Shown piece after piece: positions 58,324 to 64,000 of a DNA stretch of 64,000 nucleotides; position 1 is the first letter of the stretch, and each line of letters starts with the position of its first letter. The position numbers were made by a program, and so were the translations under genes. Below the pieces are notes generated by a model. That model was not told the origin of the DNA and made no database searches. It saw only the letters and a program-made list of their open reading frames with translations. The DNA lies in the NCBI GenBank assembly GCA_030526995.1, contig JAUNBP010000004.1, forward strand, positions 2,440-66,439. The letters run 5' to 3'. The DNA comes from Clostridia bacterium. GTDB taxonomy: Bacteria; Bacillota; Clostridia; Christensenellales; CAG-138.

Positions 58324-60162
58324 TTAACTCAACTCAAACATGCCCATGTAGAGCTGGTAGTACTTGCCCTCCTGTTTTAGAAGGTCCTCGTGGTCGCCCC
58401 GCTCGATAATCTCGCCGTGCTCCAATACCATTATCGCATTGGAGTTTCTGACCGTGGACAGCCTGTGTGCGATAACGAACACGGTTCTGCCCTTCATGAG
58501 CCTATCCATGCCCTTCTCGATAAGTGCCTCGGTCCTCGTGTCTATCGAGCTTGTGGCCTCGTCGAGTATCAGCACCGGAGGGTCGGCAACCGCAGCACGG
58601 GCTATGGCAAGCAGCTGCCTCTGCCCCTGCGAGAGGTTTGCGCCGTCCGCCGTCAACACCGTATCATAGCCCTGCGGCAGATGCCTTATAAAGAAGTCTG
58701 CATTTGCGAGCTTGCAAGCCGCCACTATCTCCTCGTCGGTGGCATCCAATTTGCCGTAGCGAATGTTGTCCTTTACGGTTCCGGTGAACAGGTGGGTGTC
58801 CTGCAAAACCATGGACAGCGACCTTCTAAGGTCGTCCTTTTTGATATCCTTGACGTCTATTCCGTCATAGGTTATCCTGCCCTTTTGCACGTCGTAGAAC
58901 CTGTTTATCAGGTTGGTTATCGTGGTCTTGCCCGCACCCGTGCTGCCGACAAAGGCTATCTTTTCGCCGGGCCTTGCGTAGAGCGAGACGTTCTTTAGTA
59001 CCTCGGTGGTTCCGTCGTAGCTAAACGTTACGTCGAAAAATCTCACGTCGCCCCTAAGCGGAATCTCCTCGCCGTCACAAACCCAGACCCAAGAGCCTCC
59101 GTCCTTCTTTTTCAGCGTGACCTTGCCCTCGTCAACCTCCTCAGGCTCGTCGAGCAGGGCGAAGATGCGCTCTGCACCCGCAAGGGCGTTCAAAATGACG
59201 TTCACCTGCTGCGAAACCTGTGTAATGGGCTGTGCAAACTGCCGTGAATACTGCAAAAATGCGCCCAAGGTTCCGACGTCCATTATCCCCATTTCGCCGC
59301 CGTGTATCATCATTGCCGTGCCCAAGACCGCCACGAGTGCGTAGAGGATGTAGTTCATGTTGCCCATTATGGGCATTAGAATCATCGAATAGGTGGTTGC
59401 GCTCGTTGAAGAGGTTCTAAGCTCCTCTGCCAACTTTTCATAGTCGGAAACCGCCTTCTTCTCACGGTTGAACAGCTTAATCTCACGCTGCCCCTCTATG
59501 TATTCCTCGGCAAAGCCGTTGGTTCCCGCAAGCGCCGTCTGACGCTTTCTGAAAAACTTGACGCTGCGCTTGCCGAGCTTTGTAACGACCAAAAGCATCA
59601 CCGCAAATGCGCCCAAGACCACGAGCGTGAGCTGCCAGCTCATTGCAATCATGAACGCAAGCACGCCGATTATCGTAAGCCCGCTTGTAAGCACGTTGGG
59701 CAGCGCCTGCGACATCATCTCTCGAAGCGTGTCGGTATCGTTGGTGAACCTGCTCATAATCTCGCCGTGCGTCCGCTTGTCAAAGTATTGCAAAGGCAGC
59801 CTCTGAAGATGCCCGAACATCTCCTTGCGTATCCTAAGCAGCGTGCTCGTTGAAACGTTTAGGAGCAGCCTCTGCCCCAAGTAGTTGCAGCCTGCGCCCA
59901 CGATGTAGATTGCCGCAAGCGTTGCCACGAGTTTGAAAAACGCCGTAAAGTCGCTCGAACCCTCGGTAAACAGGCGCACCGCCTCGTTGAGTATCGGCTT
60001 TAGCATGTAGGAGCCGAGCACGGTTGCAACCGCTGCGATTATCAGGGCTATTCCAATAATCAAAAGGATCCAGCGGTGGGGTTTTAGATAGGATGCAAGC
60101 CTTATAAAGGTCTTTTTCATATCCTTGGGTTTGTTGAATTGTTTGGTTCTCGGGCCTGCCAT
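58324..60162 (-). CDS. ABC exporter, fused permease/ATPase
   Basis: It has Walker A (GSTGAGKTT), the signature (LSQGQRQLLAIAR) and Walker B (VLILDEAT). Confidence 0.85.
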   Translation of the reverse strand: MAGPRTKQFNKPKDMKKTFIRLASYLKPHRWILLIIGIALIIAAVATVLGSYMLKPILNEAVRLFTEGSSDFTAFFKLVATLAAIYIVGAGCNYLGQRLLLNVSTSTLLRIRKEMFGHLQRLPLQYFDKRTHGEIMSRFTNDTDTLREMMSQALPNVLTSGLTIIGVLAFMIAMSWQLTLVVLGAFAVMLLVVTKLGKRSVKFFRKRQTALAGTNGFAEEYIEGQREIKLFNREKKAVSDYEKLAEELRTSSTSATTYSMILMPIMGNMNYILYALVAVLGTAMMIHGGEMGIMDVGTLGAFLQYSRQFAQPITQVSQQVNVILNALAGAERIFALLDEPEEVDEGKVTLKKKDGGSWVWVCDGEEIPLRGDVRFFDVTFSYDGTTEVLKNVSLYARPGEKIAFVGSTGAGKTTITNLINRFYDVQKGRITYDGIDVKDIKKDDLRRSLSMVLQDTHLFTGTVKDNIRYGKLDATDEEIVAACKLANADFFIRHLPQGYDTVLTADGANLSQGQRQLLAIARAAVADPPVLILDEATSSIDTRTEALIEKGMDRLMKGRTVFVIAHRLSTVRNSNAIMVLEHGEIIERGDHEDLLKQEGKYYQLYMGMFELS

Positions 60163-60163
60163 C

Positions 60164-61897
60164 TTATGCCACCCCCTTCTGCTGTGAATGATAAACCTCT
60201 TGATATATCAGGTTGTTTTTGAGCAGTTCCTCATGCGTGCCTACGGCGTCAATCCTGCCCTCGTTCAAGACGATTATCCTGTCGGCATCCATGACCGAGT
60301 GGATTCGCTGCGCAATTATAAACTTTGTCACGCCCGCAAACTGCGTCCTAAACGCCTCCAATATCGAGGCATCGGTAGCCGTGTCCACCGCCGAGGTGGA
60401 GTCGTCCAATATCAGAATCTTGGGCTTTTTGAGCAAAGCCCTCGCTATGCAGAGCCGCTGCTTCTGCCCGCCCGAAACGTTTACGCCGCCCTGACCCAAA
60501 TCGGTCTCGTAGCCCTTTTCAAAGCCCATGATAAAGTCGTGGGCGCAGGCAGCCTTTGCAGCCTCTTCAAGCTCCTGCTGCGTAGCGTCGGGCTTGCCCC
60601 AGAGGAGGTTATCCCTAATCGTGCCCGAAAACAGCACATTCTTTTGCATGACCATGCCTATGCTCTCCCGCAAGGCTTCGGTGGAATACTCCCTAACATC
60701 GTGTCCGCCTACCAAAACCCTGCCCGAGTACACGTCGTACAACCTCGGTATCAGCTGCACCAGCGAGGTCTTGCCGCTGCCGCTGCCGCCTATGATGCCT
60801 ATCGTCTCGCCGCTTTTAATGTGCAGGTCTATATCGGTTAGCGTGAGATTGTTGGGGTCGTCGGTGTAGGAGAAGTTGACGCTGTCAAACACCACGGAGC
60901 CGTCCAAAACCTCGATTTTAGAATCGGTGTTTTCATCGATCGCGGGAACCTCGTCCAAGACCTCGACAACGCGCTTTGCGCTTGCTGCCGAAAGCACCAT
61001 GTTGATAAACACCATGGATATCATCATCAGCGACATCAAAACGCTCGTGATATAGCTGAAAAAGCTCATCAAGGCGCCCGATTCCATGCCGCCTACGGCA
61101 ATCTTGCCGCCGCCTATCAATGCCACCGCAACTATGCAGCCGTACATTATCAGCTGCATGATTGGGGAGGTCAGTATCAAAATTTTCTCGGCACGGAGCT
61201 GCGCCTTTTTAACGCCCTCGGCGCTCTCGTTGAACTTCTTGCGTTCGTAATCCCTGCGCACAAACGCCTTGACAACCCTTATGGCTATCAAGTTTTCCTG
61301 TGCCGATGCGTTCAAAGCGTCGTACCTTTTCAGCATCTCGATAAAGCGGGGATAGGTCTTTAACGCAATTATCGCAAGCGAGGTTGCAAGCAGCGGGATT
61401 GCCAAGAGCAGTATCAGCGAAAGCTCGCCGGATATGCCTATCGCCATTATCGTGGCGGTTACAAGCATGGTCGGGCTTCGCATCATCATGCGCAACGACA
61501 TCATGTAAGCCTGCTGCAAATAGGTTATATCCTGCGTCAGCCTCGTAACGAGGGAGGGCGTGGTGAACTTGTCGGTGTTCTTGAACGAAAAGTTCTCTAT
61601 CTTTTCAAACAACGCCATGCGCACGTTCTTGGCAAAGCCCATCGCCGCCTTTGAGCCGAAGCCCGCCGAAAGCGAGCCGAACACCAAGGCGCCTAAAGCC
61701 ATCAAGACCATTAAAACGCCCATTTTTATGACGTAGTTGATATCGCCCGTTGCAATGCCAACGTCAACCATCTTGCCCATGAGCATCGGGATTGCAACCT
61801 CTAAAAGCACTTCCAATATAATAAATATCGGCGTGAAGATTGAGACTAACTTGTATTCTTTGACATACGAAAGCAGTCTCTTTACATAGTAAATCAT
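60164..61897 (-). CDS. ABC exporter, fused permease/ATPase (partner)
   Basis: It has Walker A (GGSGSGKTS), the signature (VSGGQKQRLCIAR) and Walker B (ILILDDST). Confidence 0.85.
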   Translation of the reverse strand: MIYYVKRLLSYVKEYKLVSIFTPIFIILEVLLEVAIPMLMGKMVDVGIATGDINYVIKMGVLMVLMALGALVFGSLSAGFGSKAAMGFAKNVRMALFEKIENFSFKNTDKFTTPSLVTRLTQDITYLQQAYMMSLRMMMRSPTMLVTATIMAIGISGELSLILLLAIPLLATSLAIIALKTYPRFIEMLKRYDALNASAQENLIAIRVVKAFVRRDYERKKFNESAEGVKKAQLRAEKILILTSPIMQLIMYGCIVAVALIGGGKIAVGGMESGALMSFFSYITSVLMSLMMISMVFINMVLSAASAKRVVEVLDEVPAIDENTDSKIEVLDGSVVFDSVNFSYTDDPNNLTLTDIDLHIKSGETIGIIGGSGSGKTSLVQLIPRLYDVYSGRVLVGGHDVREYSTEALRESIGMVMQKNVLFSGTIRDNLLWGKPDATQQELEEAAKAACAHDFIMGFEKGYETDLGQGGVNVSGGQKQRLCIARALLKKPKILILDDSTSAVDTATDASILEAFRTQFAGVTKFIIAQRIHSVMDADRIIVLNEGRIDAVGTHEELLKNNLIYQEVYHSQQKGVA

Positions 61898-62319
61898 TTT
61901 TCCACCTCGATTCCGCTAATTATCTTATCCAACAGCCCCACCAAAGTATGCAGCTCCTCCTCGGAAAGCGACGAAAAGCAGCGCCTGTCCATCTCGTCAA
62001 ACGCCTCCCTGCACTTTTGCGAGAGCAGCCTGCCCCGCTCGGTTGCGTAGAGCCTGTTTATCCTTCGGTCGTTTTCGTCGGCGCAGCGACTTATAAGCCC
62101 CGACTGCTCCAAGCGCTTGCAGCTTGCGGCTATCGTCGGCGCCGTCACTCCCCTGCCTATGGCAATCTCGGACTGTATGCAGCCGTCGTGTTCCTTGATA
62201 AATTCGAGAATCGGGAGCTGCCCAAAGTGCATACTGTCGTCGCTGGTCAGCTTCCATATCATATCCTTTCGCAGCTTGGTTATCTTCATCAGCCGCTTTC
62301 CTATCTCCTTATATTCCAT
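61894..62319 (-). CDS. MarR-family transcriptional regulator
   Basis: It is a 141-aa wHTH protein with DENDRRINRLYATERG (the wing). The ATGA overlaps the ABC gene. Confidence 0.8.
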   Translation of the reverse strand: MEYKEIGKRLMKITKLRKDMIWKLTSDDSMHFGQLPILEFIKEHDGCIQSEIAIGRGVTAPTIAASCKRLEQSGLISRCADENDRRINRLYATERGRLLSQKCREAFDEMDRRCFSSLSEEELHTLVGLLDKIISGIEVEK

Positions 62320-62404
62320 CGTTCCTCCGTTAGTTAATCGACTTATTGTTAGTCACCTAACTATTATAGGAGCATAAGGCGGGCTTGTCAAGCCATGAAT
62401 TTGT

Positions 62405-64000
62405 CTATTTTGTGAATTGTTCTACCTGCCAGAGCTTATTGCGATCTATCAAAAGCTCCAAGACCGCGCCCTCGTCCGAATGGCTCTCCTTCAAAAGTGT
62501 GCCCAGTCCCCTTATCGCCGCTGCGCTGCCGTATTTTTCGTACGGAATTGTAAGCGTCACTCGCACCGACGCCTCGTTGAGCTTTGCTTCGACAAGCTCT
62601 AAAAGCTCCTCAAGCCCTACACCCGACGCTGCGCTTATGCCTATGTTCCCGTTTTTGAAGTTTGGCAGCTCATCTACGAGATCTGTTTTATTATATACGT
62701 TTATTCTCGGCGTATCTATCGCATTTAGGGAGGTTAGAACCTGTTCTACGACCCGCATTTGAACGTCGTAATGCGGGCAGGAGATATCGATTACATGGAG
62801 AATCAAGTCCGCCTCCCTCACCTCCTCCAAGGTTGAGCGGAACGCCGAGACGAGGTCGTGCGGCAGCTTGTTTATAAAGCCTACGGTGTCGGAGAGCAGG
62901 CATTCAGCCCCGCTTTTTAGGGTCAGCTTGCGGATGACGGGGTCGAGGGTAGCAAACAGCTTGTCCTCGGCGAGCACGGAGCTTTCGGTCAAGCGGTTCA
63001 AAAGCGTGCTCTTTCCGGCATTGGTATAGCCCACGAGCGCAACTATCGGCAGTCCCTTTTTGCTGCGGGCACTGCGCTTTAAGGCACGCTGCTTTTCCAC
63101 GGTTTTAAGCTCCTGTTCAAGCTCGAACACCCTGCGCCTTATTCGGCGTCTGTCCACCTCGAGCTTCTTTTCGCCGGGGCCTCTCATGCCGACGCAGGAG
63201 GCGCCCTGCCTTGAAAGCGCAAGCCCCATGCCCAAAAGTCTCGGCAGCCTGTACTTAAGCTGCGCAAGCTCCACCTGCAGCTTGCCCTCGCTCGTATTCG
63301 CCCTTGCAGCGAAGATGTCGAGTATCAGCATCGTGCGGTCGATGACCGGCAGCGCAAAAAGCTCCTCGAGGTTTCGCATTTGAACTGCGCTCAGTTCATC
63401 GTCAAATATCACAACGTCCGCCTCGACCGCCCTTGAAATTAGGCGAAGCTCCTCCGCCTTGCCCGAGCCTATGTAGGTGGCGGTGTCTATGCCCCGCCTG
63501 CGCTGCAGCTCCTTATGCACCACGACAACGCCTGCGGTGTATGCAAGCTGCTCCAGCTCGCCAAGCGAATCATAGCCCTCGTTGCCCTCGATTCCGACCA
63601 GAACCGCCCGCTGCGGCTGCACCTCGGCAACCTCGTACGCCGAGGACTTTAGCCTGTTGTCCGCCTCGTATATCGCCTCATAAAGCCTTTTTTGCGGCAG
63701 CTCGAAATAGCGGTAAGGCCCGTATATCAGGGGCACATGCTCGCCCTCCGAAGTGACCTCCACAAAGCCCGTGCATACGCTTGTGGGCTTGCCCTGCGCC
63801 ACGCCCACGGCCGTCATTGCATCGAAACGCTTGGCGTTCAATGTGCCTATATCTACCTCGCTCAAAATGCCGCTGCCGTTGGGGTGGGTATGCACGCAGC
63901 GCACGCCGCAGAGCCTGTCGAGGCTTCTCGCCATGTGGATATCGGGCATGGAGACCGTGTTGGCGTCGCCTATTGAGACGTCCTCAATCCGCCCGCTTCG
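62405..64000 (-). CDS. hflX: GTPase HflX with an N-terminal JAB/MPN (RadC-like) domain; 5' end outside window
   Basis: The HflX N-domain has LQVELAQLKYRLPRL, and the G domain has GYTNAGKST and DTVGF. The reading frame stays open upstream of the Met at 63949 to the window edge. The N-terminal region carries a canonical JAMM motif, HTHPNGSGILSEVD (HxHx7Sx2D). Confidence 0.75.
   Translation of the reverse strand, partial: RSGRIEDVSIGDANTVSMPDIHMARSLDRLCGVRCVHTHPNGSGILSEVDIGTLNAKRFDAMTAVGVAQGKPTSVCTGFVEVTSEGEHVPLIYGPYRYFELPQKRLYEAIYEADNRLKSSAYEVAEVQPQRAVLVGIEGNEGYDSLGELEQLAYTAGVVVVHKELQRRRGIDTATYIGSGKAEELRLISRAVEADVVIFDDELSAVQMRNLEELFALPVIDRTMLILDIFAARANTSEGKLQVELAQLKYRLPRLLGMGLALSRQGASCVGMRGPGEKKLEVDRRRIRRRVFELEQELKTVEKQRALKRSARSKKGLPIVALVGYTNAGKSTLLNRLTESSVLAEDKLFATLDPVIRKLTLKSGAECLLSDTVGFINKLPHDLVSAFRSTLEEVREADLILHVIDISCPHYDVQMRVVEQVLTSLNAIDTPRINVYNKTDLVDELPNFKNGNIGISAASGVGLEELLELVEAKLNEASVRVTLTIPYEKYGSAAAIRGLGTLLKESHSDEGAVLELLIDRNKLWQVEQFTK

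Overview
This 64 kb window looks like a chromosomal segment of a spore-forming, dockerin-encoding Clostridia bacterium, probably Oscillospiraceae/Ruminococcaceae-like; that taxonomic guess is low confidence. It has four parts.

(1) nt 1 to ~17,500 is a visibly AT-richer defence island. It carries an ISL3-like transposase relic, an intact type I R-M operon (hsdM-hsdS-hsdR) followed by a GmrSD-like type IV enzyme, and a second type I locus. In that second locus hsdM is 5'-truncated. An unknown membrane-anchored gene sits between its hsdS and hsdR, and an unknown 537-aa gene follows hsdR.

(2) nt 17,579-26,975 is a minus-strand PTS operon. It encodes a LevR-like regulator, cellobiose-type EIIA/B/C, a GH1 6-phospho-beta-glucosidase, HPr, a HAD phosphatase, EI and a small unknown ORF.

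(3) nt ~27,000-35,200 is an accessory stretch. It contains a short-hairpin array, a GNAT gene and a membrane protein. It also holds a tight six-gene operon bracketed by GC-rich REP-like repeats: a pyruvate-kinase-like barrel, an adenylosuccinate-synthetase paralog, a uridine-kinase-like P-loop kinase, a J-domain/pseudokinase fusion, a vWA-like protein and an unknown protein. This operon is my top candidate for an undescribed system, with a proposed role in nucleotide modification coupled to sensing or regulation.

(4) nt 35,200-64,000 is core genome. It includes ABC exporters, a Spo0A-like regulator, hslO, whiA, rapZ, murB, spoIIAA-spoIIAB-sigF, plsY, der, two dockerin proteins, a cyclophilin, lgt, a marR-ABC-ABC operon and a JAB-HflX fusion.

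I saw no rRNA, tRNA or CRISPR. All homology calls come from motif recognition by eye, not from database searches.
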